Of a DNA stretch of 64,000 nucleotides, positions 1-9,125 are shown piece after piece; the first letter of the stretch is position 1; each line of letters opens with the position of its first letter. The notes under the pieces were generated by a model that saw only the letters and a program-made list of their open reading frames with translations, was not told where the DNA came from and ran no database searches. Source of the stretch: a virus; the IMG/VR virus record IMGVR_UViG_3300011339_000793, positions 32,001 through 96,000 of that record. One strand, given 5' to 3'. Made by a program: the position numbers and the translations under genes.

Positions 1-1
1 T

Positions 2-3000
2 TCCATTTAAGTATGCTCTAGTGCTAGGAGCGTTAGTTCCTTTTGTAAAATTTAATGTAATAGTTGATGTTGTTGCACTACTACTATTAATTGTTGGAGC
101 ACCAACAACAACAGCAGAGGAAGTTGTATATGTTCCACCTGAGGCGCCGATAGAAAGGTAACCTTCGTTGTTTCCACCATATAACAGAAAACTATATGAA
201 GTACCAGCAGTAAGACCGGTAAAGGTGGTTACTGCTGGACCAGATGCTGGAGGAACAAAAAAATCAATCTGGGAGCCATCCCTAAATCTATAAATTCTTT
301 GAGCACCATACCCCGTATAATTAAGCGTAATGCTGGTCTGCGTTCTTGAACCTGTATTCTCTGAACCTCCCGGAGGTGGACCATATACGGCTCTATAAAT
401 TACTGATGTATAAAAATCAACAGTAGTACCGTCGGTTCCAACAACACGGTCACGCCATCTATAAATATTTGCTGATGAACTGGCAGCACTATCACCTACC
501 ACAACAGATGAAGCAAAAACTCCAGAAGAAGTCCAATCACCATCAGAACCAGTATAAGCATTACTTAATATTGTAAGTAGTCCAGATGTAATACTTGCCT
601 GGTTGTTGTAGGTTCCAGCGCTACCACTAACTGTGCCTCCAGATTGAACTCTTCTTACAGTTCCAGAACCGTCTGCTGTTCCAGAAGCAGAGATAGTCGG
701 AGCAACTGTTTGCACTGGAGCAGCGCCGGCTAGAGCCTGGCCTTGAACAACAACGTTTGTAGGGCTATCAAAACCAAATCTTGATTTGCTAACTGTTACA
801 TCAGCAAATTGGCTAGCAGTTAGCCCAGTAACAGTAACTAGTCCAGTAGATGCATTTATAGATACTGCTGCAGGAGATACACGGTTTATTGACACGGTGT
901 AAGTTGCCGCAGACTCAAAGGTGCTGTCTGCAACGTTTGTGATGCTGAAAGTAAATCCTCCAGCAGTTCTTGTTACGGCGCTTGCTTGGTGCTGTCTAGC
1001 AGGTGCTGTAACTGTAAAAGAAACAATACCGTCATCGTTAGTGCCAGTAGTTACTGCCCTCGAAGTCCAACCAGTAGTTCCTTGATTCACAGTAAAATTA
1101 CTAGTGTCCTGTAAAGAATTAGCAGACCAAGTATTCTGCTGAGCCCCAGTTTGAAAATATGCAAGGTCTGAGCGATAGTCAGTTAAACCGTTTTCTATAA
1201 AAAGAACATATGCTTCTCCAGTAAATGTTAAGTATGCTTGATACTCTAGAAAAGGACCGCCAGGAGTGTTGTATCTGTAGCCTCTATAACGAATCCAAGT
1301 TCCTCCACTATCAACTTTTGTAAAACAAGAAACCATTACTAAATCCTGCGCTGCAATGTTGAGAAATCCGCCAGGTGTAGGTAAGGTGCTAGTTAGATAA
1401 TTATTTGTTGGCATAGTGGCATTTCCAAAATAACCATTAGTTGAAATATACATAGTGCTTCCAGCGCCAACAGAAGGGGCAACAAATAGATACCTTCTCG
1501 ACCCAGTTGATTGAGGGGGAGTTGCTATTGTTACGGTATTAACTGTAGACCTAGTGCCGTTTATTTGAATATTAGTAACAGTATTCGGGTAGACCTGAGT
1601 TACATATCTTCTAGAAAATAGTGTTGTAGATATACTTCCAACATTTACAGTAGGGCTAGTAAATGTTCCTCCTGTAATAGTAGTTTCAGGAATAGTTCCA
1701 CTACTAACACCAGTATATGTTCCAAAGAAACTAGTTCCATTATTTGCTGATACGCCTGAAATTCTAAAAGTCCGATTTAGTAAATCGTCAACAGAGTAGA
1801 ATGGTGGTCCAGGAACAATATTTGCAACACTAGAATATACAGTCTGAATATTTCCTTTGTAGTTCATCACTACTTCACAGAAAAACTCACTTCCAACAGC
1901 AGTAGAGTTATTTGCTATAACTTGAGTACTAGATGTTCCAGCAGTTGCTGGCTGGATTGTTCTGCTCTTAAGCCAATTATAAGAAGTTTTGGTCCAGTTA
2001 GCATAAGACGGAGACCATGTGCCGCCCCCCTGTGTTAGAGATAAAGTCTCTCCTGGCTCAAAAATACCAGTTGTTGTAAGTTGTCCTACTGAAGGAACTT
2101 CTACCGATAAGTTATCAGTTCTAGCAGTTGAAGCAGAGGAAATAACATTACAACCACTCCAAGAGGTTGTCCCATCAGCACCAAACTCATTAAATTGTGG
2201 AAGAGTCCCTGCTCTTGATGTACCTGTCTGACCTGACCCATCATATGCAGTAACAGAAGTAACTAAAACAGCCTGACCATTCGAAAAAGCACCATTAGCA
2301 CTGTAGTCGTGCTCTATATCAACAAAATTTATATCTTCAACATTTATTGTTCTAGACCAATCAAGACTTCCATTAGTTGCAGCAGAATAAGCATTTATAG
2401 TTACTCTATAACTTACTGCACTAGTTCCTGCTGGTCTTGTCCAAGAAACTCTTACAAAGTTTTTTCTAGTGTTCCTTGCTGTAACTGTTTCGGTGTGGTT
2501 TCCGTTACTGTTTACCCCCCAGTAATCTGTCGGGGTGGTTACAGTAGTAGGTCCCGCTTGCGTACCATCTGGTCTAGTTAATCTAGATTCCCAACTATTT
2601 ACACTTGTTACGTTAAAAGAACCAGTTTTTGCGTAGGCTGGTCCAGTAATAGTTGATGTTGTCCAAGTCCAATCGTATCTACTTAAAACAGTGCTGCTCA
2701 ATACTGGAGCACTTATTGAAAAAGCCGAAGGAAGGTATTGCGCTGCAGTAGTAACATTTTGAACTGTTACATTAAAAGCAAGTGGAGGAATAAGTATGTA
2801 TGTGTTCGAATAATCAGATATTATGGACACGCTGCCAGTCTGAGAAGCAGTGACTCTAAATCTATAATTTCCATTGCCGCTCGCGGCTCTACTAAATATA
2901 GTTGCACTTTGCGATGTAGAAGTAAATATTACTACCCCATCTTTTTCTAAACTATAAACATATGTAATAGCGTTGTCGTTGCCTCCCAGAGAAGCGTCCC

Positions 3001-3976
3001 AGGAACCTTGTAAATTTCCTCCAAGAAGTGAGAGATTTAGGTTTTGAGGCGCTTGTAGGGCTCCATCAGAGACCTCTAAAGTAGCAAAAGACAAGTCAGT
3101 TGTAGCAGTATTTGAGTTTATTGCACGAAGATTAGTTACTATTTGAGCGCCAACATCTCCTGCTTGAACTGTGTAGGAGCCTGTATTAATAGGATTTCTA
3201 GGGTTTGCAACATCTGTAATAACAGAGTTTCTTTGAAGAGTACTAACTCCTCCATCAAAACTAATCCAATAGTAATCAGGTCTAGTGTCATTTGTGAATG
3301 TAGTAGTGTTTGAAAAACTTGTAATCCACCTCAGAGTATCTCCAGGGCGAGGGCTTCTATTAGTAGTGGAGAGATTAAAAACTGCTCCCGTACTGGCTCT
3401 TGTAAGTTGAAGATATGTTCCAGTATCTACTGGTTGACGTTTTTGTATTCTTACAGTATTTGAAAACTGAGTTTCTCCATCTTTTATTACTCTGGCTCTT
3501 AGGAATATAAATTTTCCATCTTGACGGCGATATGTGTCTACATCACTGATTTCTCCCCCGACATCTCCGCTATAAGCAGCGTTTTCTAAGGCAGAAAGAT
3601 AAGAGATGTCTGTTGAAAATGATGTAGTTGTGGTTGTTCCAGTAAGTGTTCCAGCGTTGTTAGGGGTGGTGTTTTCATTTGTCCAACTTACTTGGTCCAG
3701 AAATGAATACTGAAATTTATATGCGTAAGAGCCAGAAACATCAGAGCCTCTGTAGAGTTGAATTGCTAAACCAACGCTTCTATTACTAAATAGTGCTCCA
3801 CCAGTAGGGTTTCTTAGAGTTGGAGAGAATGTTCCCGTGCTATGTACTTGTTTCCAGCCCTCTCCTGCTCCGCTTCCTGTATACACCCAAGCGCTATTTA
3901 CCGTTCGCCAAGAACCATCACGAACGTATATTTGAGTTACTGGTCTCCAAGAACCATCATGAATGTATGTTGTCAT
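2..3976 (-). CDS. Tail fibre / receptor-binding protein, partial (more than 1325 aa, runs off the left edge)
   Basis: ATG at 3976 (MTTYIHDGSWRPVTQIYVRDGSW...). Frame checked by hand and open at about 3.9 kb, 1.2 kb and the window edge; no minus-strand ORF is called here, consistent with no stop. Thr/Ser/Gly-rich with FN3/Ig-like segments (e.g. PTTVTARNTRKNFVRVSWTRP). Lies at the end of the tail module. Confidence 0.8.
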   Translation of the reverse strand, partial: MTTYIHDGSWRPVTQIYVRDGSWRTVNSAWVYTGSGAGEGWKQVHSTGTFSPTLRNPTGGALFSNRSVGLAIQLYRGSDVSGSYAYKFQYSFLDQVSWTNENTTPNNAGTLTGTTTTTSFSTDISYLSALENAAYSGDVGGEISDVDTYRRQDGKFIFLRARVIKDGETQFSNTVRIQKRQPVDTGTYLQLTRASTGAVFNLSTTNRSPRPGDTLRWITSFSNTTTFTNDTRPDYYWISFDGGVSTLQRNSVITDVANPRNPINTGSYTVQAGDVGAQIVTNLRAINSNTATTDLSFATLEVSDGALQAPQNLNLSLLGGNLQGSWDASLGGNDNAITYVYSLEKDGVVIFTSTSQSATIFSRAASGNGNYRFRVTASQTGSVSIISDYSNTYILIPPLAFNVTVQNVTTAAQYLPSAFSISAPVLSSTVLSRYDWTWTTSTITGPAYAKTGSFNVTSVNSWESRLTRPDGTQAGPTTVTTPTDYWGVNSNGNHTETVTARNTRKNFVRVSWTRPAGTSAVSYRVTINAYSAATNGSLDWSRTINVEDINFVDIEHDYSANGAFSNGQAVLVTSVTAYDGSGQTGTSRAGTLPQFNEFGADGTTSWSGCNVISSASTARTDNLSVEVPSVGQLTTTGIFEPGETLSLTQGGGTWSPSYANWTKTSYNWLKSRTIQPATAGTSSTQVIANNSTAVGSEFFCEVVMNYKGNIQTVYSSVANIVPGPPFYSVDDLLNRTFRISGVSANNGTSFFGTYTGVSSGTIPETTITGGTFTSPTVNVGSISTTLFSRRYVTQVYPNTVTNIQINGTRSTVNTVTIATPPQSTGSRRYLFVAPSVGAGSTMYISTNGYFGNATMPTNNYLTSTLPTPGGFLNIAAQDLVMVSCFTKVDSGGTWIRYRGYRYNTPGGPFLEYQAYLTFTGEAYVLFIENGLTDYRSDLAYFQTGAQQNTWSANSLQDTSNFTVNQGTTGWTSRAVTTGTNDDGIVSFTVTAPARQHQASAVTRTAGGFTFSITNVADSTFESAATYTVSINRVSPAAVSINASTGLVTVTGLTASQFADVTVSKSRFGFDSPTNVVVQGQALAGAAPVQTVAPTISASGTADGSGTVRRVQSGGTVSGSAGTYNNQASITSGLLTILSNAYTGSDGDWTSSGVFASSVVVGDSAASSSANIYRWRDRVVGTDGTTVDFYTSVIYRAVYGPPPGGSENTGSRTQTSITLNYTGYGAQRIYRFRDGSQIDFFVPPASGPAVTTFTGLTAGTSYSFLLYGGNNEGYLSIGASGGTYTTSSAVVVGAPTINSSSATTSTITLNFTKGTNAPSTRAYLNG

Positions 3977-3999
3977 CTTGTGTCTTTTATTTCCCTATC

Positions 4000-5328
4000 T
4001 TAGGTATATCTAAATACTACAGTACCAGTCGCCGCAGTCCCCGTAGGCTGCCCGCTTCCTTGCTGATATGTGCCAAAACCTAATACAAGGTCACCTAGTA
4101 ATTCAATTTTGGCAGAAGATAGGGATATTACCGTATCTGCTGATATAGATAATTGGTCTTGATACCCATAAATTGTTATGCCATAGGCACTACCGCTCCA
4201 ATCTATAAATTCAAAACCACCCTGACCAGAAATTAATCTTAAACTTCCATTACTTGTTGAACCCCCTCCGTTAATAAGTACTCCTCCACTACCCGCGTAG
4301 GATGTTTGAGTTACATTTTCAGAGATATAAATACCTAAACCACTTGGTGTTAAAAGAGTTGCAGAAGAGTCTCCATTATAGTCTTCCCCTCTCAAACTAA
4401 GAGTCGTGTATTTATTAGCCGTCTCGCCTCCTGAAATATCTAACCCCTGAGTACCAATACCTGGAGAAACTATTCCAACAACTGTGGAACCGTTGTCACC
4501 TCTAAAAATAAGTTTGTTAGTATTTGACATTTCAATTTTTCTACCGCTTAATGCTGTCTGAATAGTTCTACCAGTTAAAGTTCCAGTTACAATGTTATTT
4601 GCATCAATACTTGTCACTGCTAAATAATTTAATCCAAAAGTAGGCCAACGTGCATCGAGGGTAGCGCCGGGTCCAGCATATCTTCTAGGTTTACTTCCAG
4701 TGCTATCTATCGCACCAGATGGTGTTGTAACAGTTGTGGTATCAAACCAGATATCTCCAACTCGCAGTGCCCCACCACCCACTTGCGTAGTGGGCTCCGT
4801 GCTCTGACGAAAAACAGCACTTTTTCCATTAGCAGAAACCTCTGCTGCTGCTGCATCTGCTGCGGCATCTCCCGCAGCGGAAAGGGCAGCGGCAGCATCT
4901 GCAGCAGCATCATCTGCTGCTTGTTGTGCGGCAAGTGCGTCCGCAGCAGCATCATCTGCTGCTTGTTGTGCAATAGGGTCAGTAATATCAACATAATTGT
5001 CTTCTTCTTCTGAATACAACTTAGAAGAACCACTATCAGTATCAACAACTAATAGACCGTCTTTAGGGTTTTCTATCTGCCCAACTACATCATCAATGTC
5101 TCCTCCAGGAGGCACAATAACTGCTGTTCCAAAACTTACTTCATCCTCTGAGACAGAGTTTGGAGCAATAGCGGCTTTAGTAACAACGCGACCTGCTAAT
5201 TTTGTTCTAACAGGACGACGCTCTAAAGAACGTAAGCGACGCTGGACATCGGATAGATTGTTGTTAAGGTTTTTAGAACGAGAGCGACGTCTACTTGGCA
5301 TTCTTCCTATCCTCCTTATACTCTGCAA
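4000..5328 (-). CDS. Minor tail protein
   Basis: 442 aa after Tal; N-terminal coiled coil, Ala/Asp repeat, FRQSTEPT...GDIWFDT motif common in phage tail proteins. Confidence 0.7.
   Translation of the reverse strand: MQSIRRIGRMPSRRRSRSKNLNNNLSDVQRRLRSLERRPVRTKLAGRVVTKAAIAPNSVSEDEVSFGTAVIVPPGGDIDDVVGQIENPKDGLLVVDTDSGSSKLYSEEEDNYVDITDPIAQQAADDAAADALAAQQAADDAAADAAAALSAAGDAAADAAAAEVSANGKSAVFRQSTEPTTQVGGGALRVGDIWFDTTTVTTPSGAIDSTGSKPRRYAGPGATLDARWPTFGLNYLAVTSIDANNIVTGTLTGRTIQTALSGRKIEMSNTNKLIFRGDNGSTVVGIVSPGIGTQGLDISGGETANKYTTLSLRGEDYNGDSSATLLTPSGLGIYISENVTQTSYAGSGGVLINGGGSTSNGSLRLISGQGGFEFIDWSGSAYGITIYGYQDQLSISADTVISLSSAKIELLGDLVLGFGTYQQGSGQPTGTAATGTVVFRYT
4901..4971. repeat. 29-bp direct repeat x2 (42-bp period) encoding QQAADDAAAD
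   Basis: gcagcagcatcatctgctgcttgttgtgc at 4901-4929 and 4943-4971. Confidence 0.9.
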
Positions 5329-7951
5329 TTAATTCTAAATCAACCTTCTCGGGGAAGGTTGGAGTATCTGGAACAGATACTTTTATAGAAGTAATCTTTC
5401 TAACAATAATATCTGCTCTTGGCTCTAAGTCATTAGCCAACCTGGCCCTAATAAAATCATCATCAACAAGAATCGAGCACCATTGTCCAGGAAGATAATC
5501 ACCTACCTGCGGGTCAAGGGAGCCATTTATTGAAAGACTGAACGAGCCCTCGGGAGGTCTTGCCTCATCTAGAAAATCTTTAGCATATGTATACAAAGAT
5601 TCTTTTCCGTAAGCGGTTGTCTGGGCATCTGTTTTTTCTTCTATTTGGTCAAGAATAGGCCAACCTCTACCCAATAAATCAGTTGCAGATGCTGCCGCGT
5701 ATGGGTTTGAAGAACTCCCATCAACACCGTCTGTGTTTCCGCCAACCCACATTCTGGTTGCGGAGTCCTCAGCGTTTTCTGTAAAACTAAAATCTGTAAT
5801 ATTTCCTGGATATTGGAAAACAATATCGTCTGCCCCTAGAACACTTAGTGGATGAACTAGGTTTATGTAACCACCAGAGACTGCAGTAGAGGGGACGTTG
5901 TTGAATCCATAAGAGTAGTATCTCAATGTAGTCGGGGTTGGAGCATCTATAACTTCATACTCTCCATCAAAAGAAACACCAACATCCTGAACAGTTACAG
6001 ATTTAAGAGATGTCAGCCCGTGGGCAGTAGCCGTAGTGATTGTGGCAATATTAGAAGTAAGTTGTTTGTTAGTTACAGCAATAGGGACTGGAGCATTGAC
6101 AAAAGGAACAAAAGTAAAAGTTTTGTAGAACTGACCGCCAGCAAAATCACAATCTATTCTGTATTCAAAACCATTTACATCTTTAGAAAACTCTTCTAGA
6201 ATCTCACCAAACATACGCAAATCAGAGCCTCTAAATAGTTGCTGCTCTCCACTACCAATAACTTTTGTTGTAGTCGTCTGGTCTACCTCAAGGCCAATAT
6301 CAGAGTTTCCCGAAAAAGAACCAAATGTAGAGGCAACTGCTCTTGCTCCTACTTTTATTTTTCCGCCAAATACTCCTTCAGTTGCTTTATTGAGAGTATT
6401 GAATACGTTATAACTAACAGAGTTTGCTGTAGTTGTAGTAACTGTTTTTACTCCGTCATAATCACTATCAACATTTTCCACAACAATAAGTGCGTTTGAA
6501 GGTATTCCGTGGGCTGCTGCCGTGCCCAGTGTTGCCACCTTATATGAGGCAATTCCTCCTGTTACGGCTTGAGAGGCAGTATCAAATGTATCAACTACAT
6601 ATCTAAAAGTAGTCGGACTAGGAACTGCAGTGACTTCAAAGGTCCCATTAAGAGTAGAAGCCTGAGTATAAGAAACATTTTGACTAGCAACAGTTGCAGT
6701 AGTTGCTTTATCAATTTGAACAGTATTGCCAGAAATAGCAGTTATTTTTGTTCCAGGAGCAAATCCTGAAGTATGTGTAACTAGTTGTCCTGGTTTTAAG
6801 TTAGTTGCACTTGAAACAGTGATACTTGTAGAGTTACTAGCGGCATTTGTAATAGCAAAATAAGTAATACTGTTGTCAATTTTTGAAATGCTAACAGAAT
6901 CACCAATAGCCAACCCGTGGGGGGTAGAGGTTGTCATTGTTCCTATGTTAGAAGTGACCGCTTTATTGGTGATAGATAGTTCTACTGTTTTTATTTGTTT
7001 TGAGGTAACACTTACCTCTCTAAGAGTAGACACCGCTGTGCTACCTAATGTAATTGTTCCAGGAACCCTAACTGTTATAGTATTTGATGTAGGGGTGCTC
7101 TCTACTATTTGATAGCCATTTACATTTGTATCTACATCAACAAACTCCATCACTTGACCTGGTATAAAGTCGTGAACAGCAGATGTGGTCAGAGTAAACC
7201 TAGTCTCTCCAGGAGATGTCCCCGCAATAGGAGATGCTTGTTTAGTTGATATTGCATACTCTAGTTCTGTTGCAGGGGTTGTTTCATCGTTTTCAAAACC
7301 TAAACCAGCAAAATCTTCCCCAAGCCATCCTAAAATCTGTCTTGTTGTTTCGTAAGAATCAAGAACAATCTGAACAATTCCTGATGTTGTATTAGTGAGG
7401 GGAAGAACCGCTGCGCTGGCAAAACTAAAACTAGAAGGTGTTACAGAAGTTATTACTTTGTCCCCGTTGATAGATGGGTTGACCCCAGTGATTCTGACCG
7501 TTTCTCCTTGAAGAAAACCGTGAGGGCCGTTTGTAAAGATTATTGCCGATGTGCCAGTTGCTTGGTATTTAGTTGGATATAGAACTTCACTTCCATAGTA
7601 AAGAGTCTGCCAGACGGCTCGGTGATAGAAATAACTTATCCATTCGGCGCCATCAACTTGTAAGGTTTTGCTTGTAGGAGAGTATTGCCTACTCCAAATA
7701 ATTCCACCCCAGACGCAAACTCCGTTGCGCAAAACATACAAAGCAGTTTTTCCTGGCAGCGTTGATTCATACAAATCATAAGCAGTTGTTGCTTCAATTA
7801 CAGGTATGCTTCCAGAAAAAGAACCTGCTTTGCTTAGAGCACGCTCGTAAGATACATTTGTAAAAGGGATTTCGGCAATAGTTTGGTTGGTAAGTATGTC
7901 AACCAAAAAATACCTATAGTCCGCTGGAGTTATCTCGTTTATTGATACCAT
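5291..7951 (-). CDS. Tail-tip/hub (Tal-like, ReqiPepy6 gp37-like) protein with inserted beta-rich repeat domains
   Basis: 886 aa directly after Dit; N-terminal YRYFLVDILT...GSFSGSIP...VWGGIIW typical of actinophage minor tail proteins; five T-x-A-H-G-type repeats. Confidence 0.75.
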   Translation of the reverse strand: MVSINEITPADYRYFLVDILTNQTIAEIPFTNVSYERALSKAGSFSGSIPVIEATTAYDLYESTLPGKTALYVLRNGVCVWGGIIWSRQYSPTSKTLQVDGAEWISYFYHRAVWQTLYYGSEVLYPTKYQATGTSAIIFTNGPHGFLQGETVRITGVNPSINGDKVITSVTPSSFSFASAAVLPLTNTTSGIVQIVLDSYETTRQILGWLGEDFAGLGFENDETTPATELEYAISTKQASPIAGTSPGETRFTLTTSAVHDFIPGQVMEFVDVDTNVNGYQIVESTPTSNTITVRVPGTITLGSTAVSTLREVSVTSKQIKTVELSITNKAVTSNIGTMTTSTPHGLAIGDSVSISKIDNSITYFAITNAASNSTSITVSSATNLKPGQLVTHTSGFAPGTKITAISGNTVQIDKATTATVASQNVSYTQASTLNGTFEVTAVPSPTTFRYVVDTFDTASQAVTGGIASYKVATLGTAAAHGIPSNALIVVENVDSDYDGVKTVTTTTANSVSYNVFNTLNKATEGVFGGKIKVGARAVASTFGSFSGNSDIGLEVDQTTTTKVIGSGEQQLFRGSDLRMFGEILEEFSKDVNGFEYRIDCDFAGGQFYKTFTFVPFVNAPVPIAVTNKQLTSNIATITTATAHGLTSLKSVTVQDVGVSFDGEYEVIDAPTPTTLRYYSYGFNNVPSTAVSGGYINLVHPLSVLGADDIVFQYPGNITDFSFTENAEDSATRMWVGGNTDGVDGSSSNPYAAASATDLLGRGWPILDQIEEKTDAQTTAYGKESLYTYAKDFLDEARPPEGSFSLSINGSLDPQVGDYLPGQWCSILVDDDFIRARLANDLEPRADIIVRKITSIKVSVPDTPTFPEKVDLELIAEYKEDRKNAK

Positions 7952-7973
7952 ATTCGTCTCTTTAGTCTATCTA

Positions 7974-9125
7974 CTACGCTAGCCAGGCAGGACGATACTT
8001 TACCGTTAGTTTTGCTGTTGAACTTGAAGGCACTCCGTTGTCTCTAAAAGAAAGACTATTATTTCCTGGAGCCAACTCTATCCATTCATTGTAAACATCT
8101 AATTTAAGACGAGCGTTGCTATATTCACCGTTCAAATACACTTGACGATTATATGTATCAATTTCTAGTAAGTCTGGTCCGTATGTAAGAGTTCCACTAG
8201 AAGGAGTTGAGTTTGTATTTGAAGTAGTAATTCCAATAGTAAAAGAAGTAGAGTTAGGAACTGTCAAGACAAGTCTATCTACGCCATCAAAAGGAGCGGA
8301 TAGACCAGTAATATCAATATAGTCTCCAACAACTAAGCCATGAGCAGCAGATGTGGTGAGTGTGACAATGTTGTCTGAGACAGCCCTATTTGTAATACTT
8401 CTTGTTGACAACGGTCTAAGAGAACCAGATATTGTTATTGTTTGTTTATTAGTTTGATTGTCAATATATGCTGGTCCAGTGATTGGTCCTAGAACCTCTA
8501 AATACGGATGAGTTGCATAGTTGCCAGTATTATTAATAACTGAGATACCAGTTCTAACTGGAGAAGCAACGCTCTTAGGTAGAATTTCTAAAGTTCTATA
8601 GCCCTCTTCATCAGCCTCATACCACTCATACTTTAGAGGGTCAGCAGCACGAAGACCGATGGAAAAATCAGTTCTACCGCGAGCGTTGACTGTTTCAATG
8701 TTGACGTCTCCACTAAGTCGAACAAACGATGCTTTAGTTGGGCTTTCACTTGTTTTTAACCATCCTCCTGAGTAGACAAGGTTTACTGCTTGTACAAGTC
8801 TATTACGAGCCGCGGCGACTAAAGATGGGTCTGGGCATAAGAAAGAGCCCTCTATGGACAGGTCACGGGCGTTAAACCTACCTTTGACGTCATATGAGCC
8901 ATCACCCCAGCCGCGCTTTAGGTCTGGTATTTCTGGAGAAGGCAAGGTCCACCAGCCCTCAATATTAGTAATAACCCAGACAACTCCAAACTCATCAATA
9001 CGGTTAAAAACAAAGTCGTTGAGAGATATGTCTTCCTGGAGTTTCATTCCAGTCAGATGCGGCTGTGGAAGCGGTGTGAGACCTAAATTAGCATAATAAT
9101 TTTCTTGCTTTTGATTTAGAGGCAT
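7974..9125 (-). CDS. Distal tail protein (Dit-like) with one inserted beta-rich domain
   Basis: 383 aa immediately downstream of tape measure; GWGDGSY, ARDLSIEG, L.A.DPLKY, NTGNYATHP, L.PG.N motifs of siphovirus Dit. Confidence 0.8.
   Translation of the reverse strand: MPLNQKQENYYANLGLTPLPQPHLTGMKLQEDISLNDFVFNRIDEFGVVWVITNIEGWWTLPSPEIPDLKRGWGDGSYDVKGRFNARDLSIEGSFLCPDPSLVAAARNRLVQAVNLVYSGGWLKTSESPTKASFVRLSGDVNIETVNARGRTDFSIGLRAADPLKYEWYEADEEGYRTLEILPKSVASPVRTGISVINNTGNYATHPYLEVLGPITGPAYIDNQTNKQTITISGSLRPLSTRSITNRAVSDNIVTLTTSAAHGLVVGDYIDITGLSAPFDGVDRLVLTVPNSTSFTIGITTSNTNSTPSSGTLTYGPDLLEIDTYNRQVYLNGEYSNARLKLDVYNEWIELAPGNNSLSFRDNGVPSSSTAKLTVKYRPAWLA

Noticed and set aside
1-3976. Diversity-generating retroelement target in the tail fibre
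   Set aside because: No reverse transcriptase and no template/variable repeat pair seen in the window; the fibre C-terminus is outside it.
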